From contig CM059425.1 of NCBI GenBank assembly GCA_030390025.1, forward strand, positions 166,534,001 to 166,598,000: DNA of 64,000 nt. Reading direction: 5' to 3'. The stretch comes from Squalus acanthias. Lineage: Eukaryota. Position 1 is the first letter of the stretch, and the number at the start of each line of letters is the position of its first letter. The notes under the pieces were generated by a model that saw only the letters and a list, made by a program, of their open reading frames with translations, made no database searches and had not been told where the DNA came from. Positions 1 to 10,948 of this stretch are shown here, in pieces. A program made the position numbers and the translations under genes.

Positions 1-927
1 GTAGATTTTCTAAATTTGCCAATGACACCAAACTTGGGGGTGTGGCAAACAATGAAGATGATACCAATCAACTGCAACAGGACATAGAAAGGCTAGCAGA
101 ATGGGCAGACAAGTGGCAGATGGAATTTAATACAGAGATGTGTGAGGTGATGCATTTTAGCAGAAGGTAAAGGGAGAGGCAATATACACTTAATGGCACA
201 GTTTTAAAGAGTGTGCAGGGACAAAGGGAACTGGGAGTTAATGTGCATAGGTCCCTGAAATTGGCAGGACATATTGAGAGAGTGGTTAACAAAGCATATG
301 AGATCTTGGGCTTCATAAATAGAGGTATTGAGTACAGAAGTAGAGAAGTTATGCTGAACCTTTATAAAGTGCCGGTTCAGCCACAACTGAAGTATTGCGT
401 CCAGTTCTGGTCACCACACTTTAGGAAGGATGGGAGGGCCCTTGAGAGGGTGCAGAGGAGATTTACCAGAATGGTTCCGGGGATGGGGGATCTTAGCTAC
501 AAGAACAGGATGGAGAAGCTGAATTTGTTTTCATTAGAGCAAAGGAGGTTGAGGGGTGATTTGATAGTGGTGTACAAGATTATGACGGGTTTGGATAGGC
601 TAGACAGGGAAAGGCTGTTCTCACTAGTAGACGGTACAAGGACTAGGGGACACAGATTTAAGGTTTTGGGCACGAGATACAGGAGGAATGTGAGGAAATT
701 TTTTTTTACACAGCCAGTGGTGATGACCTGGAATTCGCTGCCGACGGAGTTGGTGGAAGCGGAGACACTCAATGTTTTCAAGGGGAGACTGGATATGCAC
801 TTGAGGGAAATAAACTTGCAGGGCTACGTGGATAGAGTGGGGAATGGGACTGACTGGATTGCTCTACAGAGAACCGGCATGGACTTGATGGGCCGAATGG
901 CCTCCTTCTGTGCCGTTATGACTCTAT
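1..927 (+). mobile_element. CR1 LINE, 3' fragment (RT C-terminus and 3' UTR); its (ATTCTATG)n tail resumes at 5156-5172 after the Harbinger insertion
   Basis: ORF 213-962 has CR1 ORF2 C-terminal motifs (LYK..V.PQL.YCVQFWSP, LERVQRRFTRM, RRLRGDLI, FF..V..WNSLP). The tail ACTCTAT|GATTCTATGATTCT is split by the transposon. Confidence 0.92.
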
Positions 928-1099
928 GGGGTAAAAATTCAGTTGGTTGCGCCTCCCGTTAGCGCCTTAAATGGGCGCTAATGGGGCGTTAAGGCGCTAA
1001 CGCCTGGGCGCAGCGCTGTTTGCGCCGCTCGAGAACTTAACTTGAGATTGTGCGGCGGCGCTAAAACTTACCGCTGCAACCACCTGCGCGCGCAGATTG

Positions 1100-1244
1100 T
1101 GACGTCATTCTGTGGTGCAACGCCCTTGGGGCGCCCCGGAGCGGAAATTGAGTGGCGCCCCCTGCCTTACCGCCTGGCGCTTCCAACGACCGGAAGACTG
1201 GAACGTTATCAATCGGTCTGGGGCTGGGGGGGGCGCTATTTAAA
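1100..1244 (+). promoter_or_regulatory. Putative transposase promoter: CRE-like TGACGTCA (1100-1107) and TATTTAAA (1237-1244)
   Basis: Both motifs lie upstream of the transposase ATG. GCGCTATTTAAAG recurs at the equivalent position in the copies near 10370, 61190 and 62970. Confidence 0.5.
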
Positions 1245-1439
1245 GGGGGCCTCTTCCTGTCTTTTTCTGTGGTCGACATTTATGCACCACTCGTTCTGAG
1301 AGAGAGAGAGAGATTCGGAGAGAGAGAGAGAGAGACTTCTACATTGACTCAACGCTTTGTGAGGTAGTTTTGCCTAGTTCATCCTAACTTTGCTGCTACT
1401 TTCGTTGCTGTACCTCATTACTTTTCTGGCAAAGAGAAG

Positions 1440-2600
1440 ATGGGGGCTGCAATGATTGGGGGCGTCGTCCTGCTCCAGCTCAATCGGAGCAGAGTGAGAC
1501 GCAGACAGAGAGTGGCAATGATGGCCAGACGGAGGAGGCCCATCAGGCGCATGTACAGGAGAGCTTACCCTCCCAGGGTATATCGTGAACAGCTCTCCTA
1601 CATCCACATGTCCGAGGAGCTGTGTTTGCGAAGGCTGCGATTCAGCAAGGAGGTGGTCACTGAGCTCTGCCACCTGCTGCAGCCAGATCTGCAGCCTCAG
1701 CTGAGGTCCAGGACGTCTCTGTCGGTGGCAGTGAAGGTCACAGTGGCCTTGAACTTCTACGCCACTGGCTCATTCCAAGCTGCTGTTGGGGACCTCGCCA
1801 ATATCTCCCAGTTTGCGGTGCATCGCTGCATTCGGCAGGTCACCAATGCCCTCTTCACAAGGAGACGAGACTTCATCTCCTTCCCTATGACCCCAGACAA
1901 GCAGCATGACCGTGCTATGGGCTTTGCGAGGGTAGCGGGCTTCCCCATGGTGCAGGGCGCCATTGACTGCACGCATGTGGCTTTGCGTGCTCCGCGAGAG
2001 AATGCAGAGGAGTTCCGGAACAGAAAGGGGTTCCATTCCTTGAATGTGCAGTTGGTCTGTGACCACAGACAGGTGATTCTCGCTGTCAATGCCCACTATC
2101 CGGGCAGCTGCCACGATGCTTTCATCCTGCGCCAGAGTACTGTGGCAGAAATTTTCGAGGCACCGCATCAGCCAGTTGGTTGGCTTCTGGGGGACAAGGG
2201 GTACGCATTGAGCACCTGGCTGATGACACCGCTCCGTGCGCCAAACACCCCTGCTGAGCTGCGGTACCAGGAAAGCCAACAAGCAACGAGGAACATTATT
2301 GAGCGCACAATCGGCGTGCTCAAACAACGATTCCGCTGTCTGGACCATTCCGGAGGAGCCCTGCAGTACTCGCCTGAGCAAGTTTCCAAATTCGTAGTGG
2401 TGTGCTGCATGTTGCACAACATGGCAATCCTCAGGACGCAGCCAATGCCACCAGGCCTTGCAGCACCACAAGAGGAGGAGGAGGAAGAGGAGGAACAGGC
2501 CGAGGACGATGATCAGCAGCAGCACCAAGGCAGGAGGGCGGCCCACAATGGTCAAACTGCAAGGGCCGTCCGTCAACGACTAATAGCAAGCCGCTTCTAG
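1440..2600 (+). CDS. Harbinger (HARBI1-like, DDE_Tnp_4) transposase, 386 aa, intact
   Basis: ATG-to-TAG ORF with [41 protein letters not shown] and RNIIERTIGVLKQRFRCL motifs, an N-terminal HTH-like region and an acidic C-terminal tract. Confidence 0.96.
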   Translation: MGAAMIGGVVLLQLNRSRVRRRQRVAMMARRRRPIRRMYRRAYPPRVYREQLSYIHMSEELCLRRLRFSKEVVTELCHLLQPDLQPQLRSRTSLSVAVKVTVALNFYATGSFQAAVGDLANISQFAVHRCIRQVTNALFTRRRDFISFPMTPDKQHDRAMGFARVAGFPMVQGAIDCTHVALRAPRENAEEFRNRKGFHSLNVQLVCDHRQVILAVNAHYPGSCHDAFILRQSTVAEIFEAPHQPVGWLLGDKGYALSTWLMTPLRAPNTPAELRYQESQQATRNIIERTIGVLKQRFRCLDHSGGALQYSPEQVSKFVVVCCMLHNMAILRTQPMPPGLAAPQEEEEEEEEQAEDDDQQQHQGRRAAHNGQTARAVRQRLIASRF

Positions 2601-2894
2601 GACCCCTGCCAGTGCTACAAACACGAATCAACCCAGCACGCAACCCCTAAGCCGGCCAAGGCACCAATAATTCCAACCACCAGCCATGTATATTTTGAAA
2701 ACAGAAACTTATTTATTGTACAAACTCTGTGTGTGTCAATTCCTCATGAGAAACTCATAGAAATAAACACCAAAAAACAGTCAATAACATAACTGGTTCT
2801 CACAACCTGGAGATAATGTCCAAAACACTAAACAAAAGTTGGGCCATGAACCTCGGCCTTTAATAAAAAAATGACCAGCATTTTGGCACACATC

Positions 2895-4798
2895 CTACTT
2901 TTTGCCCTTCGAGGGTGATCTCCTTCCCTTGCGCACTTCCCCCCTTCTAACCCTACTGCTCCTCCGTAATGGGACCTCAGTGGCTGCAGCAAGGCTGGTG
3001 GAAGGCTGCTGCTTGTCAGACCCTGACACTGCAGATGCCCCTGAAGGCCGGCCTCGACCACTTCTGGGCCTGGAGGGCCCGGCTGCAGACTGCACCAACT
3101 CTGCATGGGCGGCAGCAGTCTGTCCTACAGGCGGTGGCAAGTGCAGTGGAGAAGTGACAGTGTTGGCAGCAGGAATGCTGTCATCGTGAGAGAGGACAGC
3201 AACTCCCTGCTCGCCCGACACACTGGCACTCCCACGGGGCAGCACTTCAGCATCCGGAGCAATTTGCCTGAGAACAGATTGCTGGCCTGCTGCGGCGCGG
3301 TGACAGCCCCGGGGACATGTGCACGAACCATCGAGGATGGCAGCAGTCAGTGCTCGCGTGGCCTCAATCTGAGTCTGCATGAGAGCAGGCTCAGATGGGT
3401 TCCTGGCAGCCAGTGACTGAATTGCAGCAGTAAGCTTTAGTGTGGCATCCGCCTGTGCTACAGCGAAGTGCTCCACACTCCTTGCCAGTGCCTCAATGCA
3501 TTCGGGCACCCTTCCCACTGCACCCATGAGCTCAGTGTGCATGACCACCGCCTGGCTGTTCATTTCTGCAATCATCCGCTCCTCCTCTGCGTCCATTGCA
3601 TTAGGAGTGTCTGGCATACTCTCCCTCTGGGGAGAAGGCTCCCGTTCTTCCCTCCCCCCCCCATGGCGTTGCTGCAGCCCGCTGGGTCCTGGAACTTCAC
3701 CATCATCAGCCCCTTCCCCCCTGCTCCCCCGTTCTTCCCTCCCCCCCCCATGGCGTTGCTGCAGCCCGCTGGGTCCTGGAACTTCACCATCATCAGCCCC
3801 TTCCCCCCTGCTCCCCTCCGGGGAAGGCGTGTTCCCAGTGTGGCCATGGGCTTCCTCGGGAGAGGGTGGCACTGATGCTCCGGCTTCCTCCTCAGCTGCA
3901 GCATCACTCCCAGTGGCAGCTTCAGGGACCATCTCCTCAGCTGGTGAATCACCATCTGAAAGCAGGGAGGTACAAGAGTGGCTTTAGCGTGAGGACAGGG
4001 TGGCAGTAAGGGAGGAATAAGTGCAGCGAGTTAGCAAGTTGGATTGAAAGTGTCAAAGGCTGGTATTGTGAGGGACAAGTGGAAGGACAGAGGACAAAAA
4101 GGTGATGACCTTACCATTGCTGTCCACAACGGGGTCGGCGTCTCCAGTGGCGACGGGACCGATCACCCGGCTTGCCACAATCCTGTGGACGCGCTCCTCC
4201 AGATCGCTGAGGGGTTGCAGCTGAAGCCGCCCTCCACCCGTCCGTTGCTGCTGTCTCCGATTATGAGCCAGCTTAGCCTGCAAGAAAAAGGACAGCATCT
4301 GAGTCAATATACAGCCATGGTCTTGCCTGATGTGCCTCCCATAGGTGAATAGCCCTTACAATATGCAGCCATGGTCTTGCCTGATGTGCCTCCCATAGGT
4401 GAATAGCCCTTACTGTATGCAAAGTGTGGAATGTGTGTGTGTGTTTGATGAAAGGGCCATAGGTGTTGGATGAGTGTTGTGCATTGGGGTTTTAAGACCC
4501 TCTGGCCATAGAGTGAGGTTGAGATGGAGGGATGGAGAGGTATTGAGAAAAAGCCACTCACCCTGACGACCCGAGTGAGGTCGTTGAACTTCTTGCGGCA
4601 CTGGACATGGGTCCTGGGCACCATGCTCCTGGAGGAGACGCTCTGAGCCACCTCCCTCCACACTCTTCTGAACTCGCGTGGCAAAGGCCTCCTGCCACTC
4701 TCTGGGAACAGCATGCATCGTCTGCGCTCCACTGCGTCAACCAGAGCATCCAAGGCCCGCTCGGTGAAGCGATGAGCGCGTTCTCTCACCCTCTCCAT
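2895..4798 (-). CDS. Harbinger ORF2, Myb/SANT-like DNA-binding protein, 3 exons (4798-4562, 4277-4115, 3955-2895), about 486 aa
   Basis: Exon 1 reads MERVRERAHRFTERALDALVDAV...VWREVAQSVSSRSMVPRTHVQCRKKFNDL (Myb/trihelix pattern). Splice sites are donor AGG|GTGAGT, acceptor TTTTCTTGCAG|GCT, donor G|GTAAG and acceptor CCCTGCTTTCAG|AT. Phases 0 and 1 join in frame into ORF 2895-3932. Confidence 0.88.
3641..3815. repeat. In-frame ~87-bp tandem duplication in Myb exon 3
   Basis: The peptide SRGEGADDGEVPGPSGLQQRHGGGREER occurs twice. Confidence 0.9.
4307..4413. repeat. 54-bp tandem duplication in Myb intron 1
   Basis: ATAT(A/G)CAGCCATGGTCTTGCCTGATGTGCCTCCCATAGGTGAATAGCCCTTAC occurs twice. Confidence 0.9.
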
Positions 4799-5172
4799 TC
4801 TTGGCAGCAAAATGGATTACAGGTCTCTCCAGGCTGAGATTCAAGGCTGCAATGAGCAGGGTGTGGCTGGGGAGCAAGTGGCCCCCCCCGCTTTAAGAAG
4901 TGTCCGGCGTCAGTGTGTCTGTGTTCCCGCGCTAACTGGCAGCAGCTGCGCTGCGCTCGTGCGCTGAGTTAGCGCCTCACTCCTAGGCCTTTGCGCCTTA
5001 AGAGAGGTGTGCAGCGCCTAATTTAGCGCTCCACTCACCTCCCGGGGCGGTAAAAGTGAAGTTTCCTGTCAGTGCCGATAATTAGCGCCAGGCGCTAATA
5101 TTTGCGCGCGGACGATATTTGCGCCCCAAATGGGGCGCGACCTAATTTCTACCCCTATGATTCTATGATTCT

Positions 5173-7295
5173 GTTCCCCTTAATACCTTGAAAACTTCAT
5201 TCAAATCACCCCTTAATCTTCTAAATTCCAGGGAATACAACCCCAATTTGTGTAATCTCTCCTCGCTATTTAATCATTGGAGTCCAGGTATCATTCTGGT
5301 AAATCTACGCTGCACTCCCTCCAAGACCAATTTATCCTTCCTAAGGTGTGCTGCCCAGAACTGAACACAGTATTCCAGGTGTAGTCTAACTAGGGCTTTG
5401 TATAGCTGTAGCATGATATCTAACCCCTTGCATTTTTGTCCTCTCGATATAAAGGCCAGCATTCCATTAACCTTTTTGATTTCTTCTGTACCTGTCCATG
5501 AAATTTTAATAATCTATGTACATGGACCCCTCAGTCTCTTTGGACCTCCACTACTTCTAGCTTTTCACCATTTCGAAAGTACTCTGATCTATCCTTTTTA
5601 GGTCCAAAGTGGATGACCTCACTCTTGTATATATTGAAATCCATTTGCCACAGTTTTGCCCATTCACTTAATCTATTAATATCTCTTCGTAATTTTATGC
5701 TTCCATCTACAAACTTGGATATGTGACTCTCTATCCTGTCATCTAAGTCATTAATAAATACAGTGAATAGTTAAGGCACCAACACAGATCCCTGTGAGGC
5801 ATCACTAGTCACATCCTGCCAATTAGAGTACCTGCCCATTATCCCTACTCTCTGTCTCCTGCCGCTCAGCCTATTTCATAGCCAGGTCAATAATTTGCCT
5901 TCAATTTCATGGGCTTCAACTTTAGCTAACAGTCCCTTATGAGGGACTTTATCAAATGTCTTCTATATAAATAATATCCATAGATATTACTTTAGTCACC
6001 TCTTCAAAAAATTGAATCAGGTTTGTCAGGCATGACCTACCTTTCACAAATCCATGCTGGCTCCCTCTGCTCAGCTGAAAATTTTCAATGTGTTCAGTCA
6101 CTCCATCCTTAATTATAGACTCTAGTAATTTCCTGACAACAGATGTTGGGCTAACTGGTCTATAATTCCCTGGTTTCCCTTGTTCACCTTTCTTAAATAG
6201 CGGAGTGATATGCACAATATTCCAATCTAAAGGAGTGGTTGATGAATCGATAGAACTTTGGAAGTTAGTTAGGGCATTTGCAATGTTCTCAACTATTTCC
6301 TTTAAACCCCTGGGATGAAAACCATTTGGCCCTGGGGATTTGTTACCCTTTAGTGCCATTATTTTCTTTATTACTGTTAATTTGCTTATGTTAATTTTGG
6401 TCCCTGTCCCAATATTAATTTCCTTGGGAGGTCTGGCATGCTATCCTCTTCCTCTACAGTAAATACTAATGCAAAGTAATTATTCAACATATCTGCCATT
6501 TCCTTATTTTCATTTATAATATCACCATTGTTGGTTTTTAAGGGTCCCACATTGCTCTTTACCACCCTCAATTTCTTAATATGTTTCACAGAATCACAGA
6601 ATCCCCACAGTGCAGATAGAGGCCATTTCGGCCCATCGAGCCTGCACCGACACATATCCCACCCTATCCCCGTAACCCCACGTATTTAATCCCACCTAAC
6701 ACTTAAGGGTCAATTTATCATAGCCAAATCAACCTAACCCGCACATCTTTGGACTGTGGGAGGAAACCGGAGCACCCGGAGGAAACCCATGCAGACACAG
6801 GGAGAATGTGCAAACTCCACACAGACAGTCACCCGTGGCCGGATTCGAACCCGGGTCCCTGGCGCTGTGAGGCAACAGTGCTAACCACTATGCCACCGTG
6901 TTGCCTGTTGTAAAAGTTTTTGTGTTGATTTTGATATCCCTTGCAAGATTCTTTTCATCCTCCCTTTTTGTAGCTCTTACTATCTGTTGTCACCCTTTGC
7001 TGTTCTTTGTATCTCTCCCATTCACCAGGATCTGTGCTATTTTTTGCATTCATGTATGCTTTTTCTTTTAGTTTTATGCTGTCCCTTACCTCTTTAGTCA
7101 TCCATGGCTGTTTTTTTGACAAGTAGTGCTCTTGCCCCTTAGGGGTATAAACTGATTCTGTATCATGTTAAATTATTTTTGAACATCTCCCACTGATCTT
7201 CCATTAACAGATTTGTCCAGTTTACTGTGGACTGTCTCTGTCTCATCCCGTTGAAGTCGGCCTTACCTAAATCTAGAACTTTAGTAGTTGTTAAG
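5173..7295 (-). mobile_element. Degenerate CR1 ORF2 fragment, interrupted by a SINE at ~6586-6905
   Basis: ORFs contain KSPGPNGFHPR, PGNYRPVS, SQHGFVKGRSCLTNL and LEYCVQFW, broken by many stops and frameshifts. Confidence 0.85.
6586..6905 (-). mobile_element. tRNA-derived SINE, V-SINE/HE1-like, with a CR1-type 3' tail
   Basis: On the minus strand there is an A box TGGCATAGTGG, a B box GGTTCGAATCC and a V-domain-like core TGTGTGGAGTTTGCACATTCTCCC...GGTTTCCTCCGGGTGCTCCGGTTTCCTCCCAC. The tail GATGGGCCGAAATGGCCT...(ATTCTGTG)n is shared with CR1. TGTT flanks both sides. Confidence 0.88.
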
Positions 7296-7650
7296 ACCAT
7301 GCTGGTTAAACTCCCTCTTCGATCTCTCCATGGCCTTCAATATGTTTGACCATTACATCTTCTTCCTCAGGGGTCCACCTCTATGATACCACCCTCTGCT
7401 GTTGTCAAATTTGGCTCTTTTCATTTCTGTATGTTCGAACATCTGCAATGACTTCTTCTACCTTTCCACAGGGTCACTTCCAGCCTTGGCCCTCCCCTAT
7501 TCCTTAGCTATTTTCTTGTTGTTGATGGCATCCTCTGAAAACATTGCAACAGCTTCCATATTTATCTCAGTGATATGCAGTTCTACTTCTCTGCTACAGA
7601 ACTTGATTCTATAACTGTCGACTTTCAGTCCAGTTACTTGTTTGACATCA

Positions 7651-8620
7651 AGAACATAAGAACATAAGAAATAAGAGCAGGAGTAGGCCATACGGCCCCT
7701 CGAGCTTGCTCCGCCATTCAATAAGATCATGGCTGATCATTGACCTCAACTCCACTTTCCCGCCCGATCTCCATATCCCTTGATTCCCCTAGAGTCCAAA
7801 AATCTATCTATTTCAGCCTTGAATATACTCAAAGACTCAGCATTCACAGCCCTCTGGGGCAGAGAATTCCAAAGATTCACAACCCTTTGAGTGAAGAAAT
7901 TCCTCCTCATCTCAGTCTTAAATGGCCTACTCCTTATCCTGAGACTATGTCCCCTAGTTCTAGACACTCCAGCCAGGGGAAACAACTTCTCAGCATCTAC
8001 CCTGTCAATCCCCTTCAGAATCTTGTATGTTTCAATGAGATTACCTCTCATTCTTCTGAACTCCAGAGAGTATAGGCCCATTCTACACAATCTCTCATCA
8101 TAGGACAACCCTCTCATCCCAGGAATCAATCTAGAGAACCTTCGTTGCACCGGCTCCAAGGCAAGTATACGCTTCCTTAGATAAGGAGACCAAAACTGTG
8201 CACAGTACTCCAGGTGTGGTCTCACCAAGGCCCTGTACAGTTGTAGCAAGACTTCCTTACTCTTATACTCCAACCCCCCTTGCAATAAATGCCAACATGC
8301 CATTTGCCTTCCTTATTGCTTGCTGTACCTGCATGCTAGCTTTTTGTGTTTCTTGCATGAGGACACCCAAATCTTTCTGAACACGAACATTTGAAAGTTT
8401 CTCACTATTTAAAAAATATTCTGTGTTTCTATTCTTCCTACCAAAGTGAATAACCTCACATTTTCCTACATTATACTCCATTGCCACCTTACTGCCCACT
8501 CACTTAGTCTATCTATATCCCTTTGCAGACTCTTTGTGTTCTCCTCACAGCTTACTGTCCCACCTAGCTTTGTATCATCAGCAAACGTGGATACATTACA
8601 CTCGGTCCCTTCATCAAGCC
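7651..8620 (-). mobile_element. 5'-truncated CR1 (3' ~1 kb)
   Basis: ORF 7746-8303 encodes the RT C-terminus, followed by the 3' UTR and a (TTCTTATG)n tail. Confidence 0.9.
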
Positions 8621-8649
8621 CTGGATGAATAAGAATATTCTTCAGCTCA

Positions 8650-9146
8650 GCATTTTGAGCTCATCCAAAACTCTGTTGCCTGTACCCTAAGTCCCATTCA
8701 CCCATCAGCCCCGTGCTTGCTGACCTACATTGGCTTCCAATGCCTCGATTTTAAAATTGTCATTCTCATGTTCAAATCCCGACATGGCCTCATCCCTCCC
8801 TCTCTCCGTAACCTTCTCCAGCCCTACCACCCTCCAGGAGCTCTGCGTTCCTGAAACTCTGGCCTTGTGTGAATCTCCCACTCCCTTCACCCTAGCATTG
8901 GCGGTCGTGCCTTCATTTGTCTAGGCCCTAAGCTCTGGGATTCCTTCCCTAAGCCTCTCTGTCGCTCCACCTTCTCTCCCTTTAATACCCTCCTAAAATC
9001 TACCTCTTTGAACGTGTTTTTAGTCACCCGTTGTAATATCTCCTTCTTTGGCTCGGTGTCAGTTTTTGACTGATTACACTCATGTGAAACGTCTTGGGAC
9101 ATTGTACTATGTTAAAGGCGCTATATAAATGCAAGTTATTGTTGTT
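8650..9146 (+). mobile_element. L2-type LINE 3' end
   Basis: Matches the 3' end of the L2 at 35250-37485 (CTACATTGGCT...TTAAAGGCGCTATATAAATGCAAGTT(GTT)n). Confidence 0.75.
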
Positions 9147-10100
9147 TAGCTTAGTAAGACCAAACCATCATGTTTTGGCTCACACCTGAAAATTCATACT
9201 TCAGATGCAATCTCCCTCCTTGGCTGCTCAGTCATGCTTAACCCAACAATGCTCATCCTCAATTTCCTGCTCAATTCTGGGCTAAGCGCCAAACACCATG
9301 GCCCCGAAATTCGCCAGGGTTCGACAAGTCTCAGTATTTAAATGAATTTTCATAGCTTCGCCCCAATGGCGAGGGCGAACTTCCTGAATGGATGCTTGTG
9401 TTCTGGCCGCTGTCACTTTAGACTCAAAAATCATGGTGCTGGAGTCCCAGCAACAGCGCAATTGATTGCTCTAAGATTGGTTCAAACATTGTCGGCAGCT
9501 GATTGAACAGACAATCTAAATCATTCACAGTAAGAACCAAAAATGCAACTGTCTGAATACTGACTGTTAGTACACGTTTGGACTAAGGACTATGCATGGC
9601 CAGTGTTTCAAAGAAATTAACAGAAAGGAAATAATCTGAGATAAATCATTTCTGGCTTTAACATGCTTTTAAAAATAATTTAAAGATTTTTTAAAGAGAA
9701 AAATAGTTAGAATCACCTTAAGGATATTAGTTTATTAATGCCAACTCTGAAATGTTTATTTTTAATTTTCGGGAAAGGCTTCGGATTAGTGGACTGATTG
9801 CAGTGTCTGTATAGAATCCATTTGTATGTTCTAATGAGGCCCGAGAGCTTACTAGCATTAGATGTAAGTGAGAAATTACTTTGGTTAATGTAATGCACTC
9901 CACAGACTTAGTTGAATACAAAATAAGGACAAGTCTTTTTGCTGAACAGTGTGCATAAAGCACATCAATGTTTTTGATCTAATGTACTGTATATCCATTA
10001 AGGTGCACATTCGGTTGATTACTCTATACCCTATTGTGTGGCACTGCCCTTTAATTCTCCCCATCTCTTTTCACTAAAGCATTAGCTGCTGATATACCCG

Positions 10101-10948
10101 GGGGGAAACATTTGGTTGCTTTGCGCCTCTCGTTAGCACCCTAAGAGGACGTGGCGATGTTTGCGCCACTCGCGAAATTGACCAGACATTTTGCAGCGGC
10201 GCTAAACACTACCACCACTATCTCCTGCGCCTGCAGATCGTGACGTCAGTCGAGCATGCAATGCCCTGGTAGCGCCCCGGACCGGATATTGAGTGCCTTA
10301 CCGCCTGCCGCTAGCAACGACAGGTTGAGGCGAGTGTTTTGCAGTTGGGAAATGACTGGGGGAGCGCTATTTAAAGGCGACTGCTTCCTGCCTTTTTTTG
10401 TCGGCGACATTTTTGCACCACGCATTCTGAGAGAGAGAGAGAGACATCTGGAGAGATTCAACGCTGTGTGAAGGAGTTTTGGGTACTGAGCAGCACTTTG
10501 CAGGTTCATTTTGATTTGACCTTCCTTGCATCGATTTAGAAGAGACTGTGGGGGCTGCACTCTGAGCTCTTTCCCTGGGCCTCTCCATTGTTCTTTCCAG
10601 CAGAATTATGTATAGGTCTCTCCAGGCTGAGATTCAAGGCTGCAATGAGCAGGGTGTGGATGGAGAGCGAGATTGACCCTCCCCTTTAAGAACTGGTTGG
10701 CGTCAGTGTATCTGTGTTCCATTGCTAACTGACATCACATGAGCTTCACCAGCGCTCTGAGTTAGCGCCTTGCTCCTCGGCATTAGTGCCTTAAGAGAGG
10801 TGTGTAGCGCCTGATTTAATGCTCCAATCACCTCCAGGGGCGATAGAAGCCAAGTTTGCAGTCGGAGGCGATAATTAGCGCCAGGCGCTAAACTTTGCGC
10901 CCGGCCGATAATTGCGCCCCAAACGGGGCGATACCGAATTTCTCCCCC
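10101..10948 (+). mobile_element. Non-autonomous Harbinger internal-deletion derivative related to the 928-5155 element
   Basis: Ends are GGGGGAAACATT and AATTTCTCCCCC, with TSD CCG/CTG. The left part matches the transposase 5' region up to GTGGGGGCTGCAC. It joins at ~10560 to the Myb start (MERPRERAQS) and the right arm. Confidence 0.88.

Larger units (their letters stand above)
928..5155 (+). mobile_element. Full-length autonomous PIF/Harbinger DNA transposon (4228 bp)
   Basis: TIRs are GGGGTAAAAATT (928) and AATTTCTACCCC (ends 5155). The 3-bp TSD TAT lies at 925-927 and 5156-5158. It carries two convergent genes (DDE transposase and Myb/SANT-like), the standard Harbinger layout. Confidence 0.96.

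Noticed and set aside
1297..1335. (GA)n microsatellite as an independent feature
   Set aside because: It is part of the Harbinger 5' UTR and is present in all family-1 copies.
1770..2576. 268-aa antisense ORF with a hydrophobic stretch
   Set aside because: It is a shadow of the transposase; the Leu run is the reverse complement of the GAG repeat.
1440..2600. Domesticated host gene HARBI1
   Set aside because: It lies between TIRs with a TSD and has several paralogous copies in the window, so it is a transposon gene.
6835..6905. tRNA gene
   Set aside because: The A/B boxes continue into a SINE body and CR1-like tail, and no full cloverleaf is evident.
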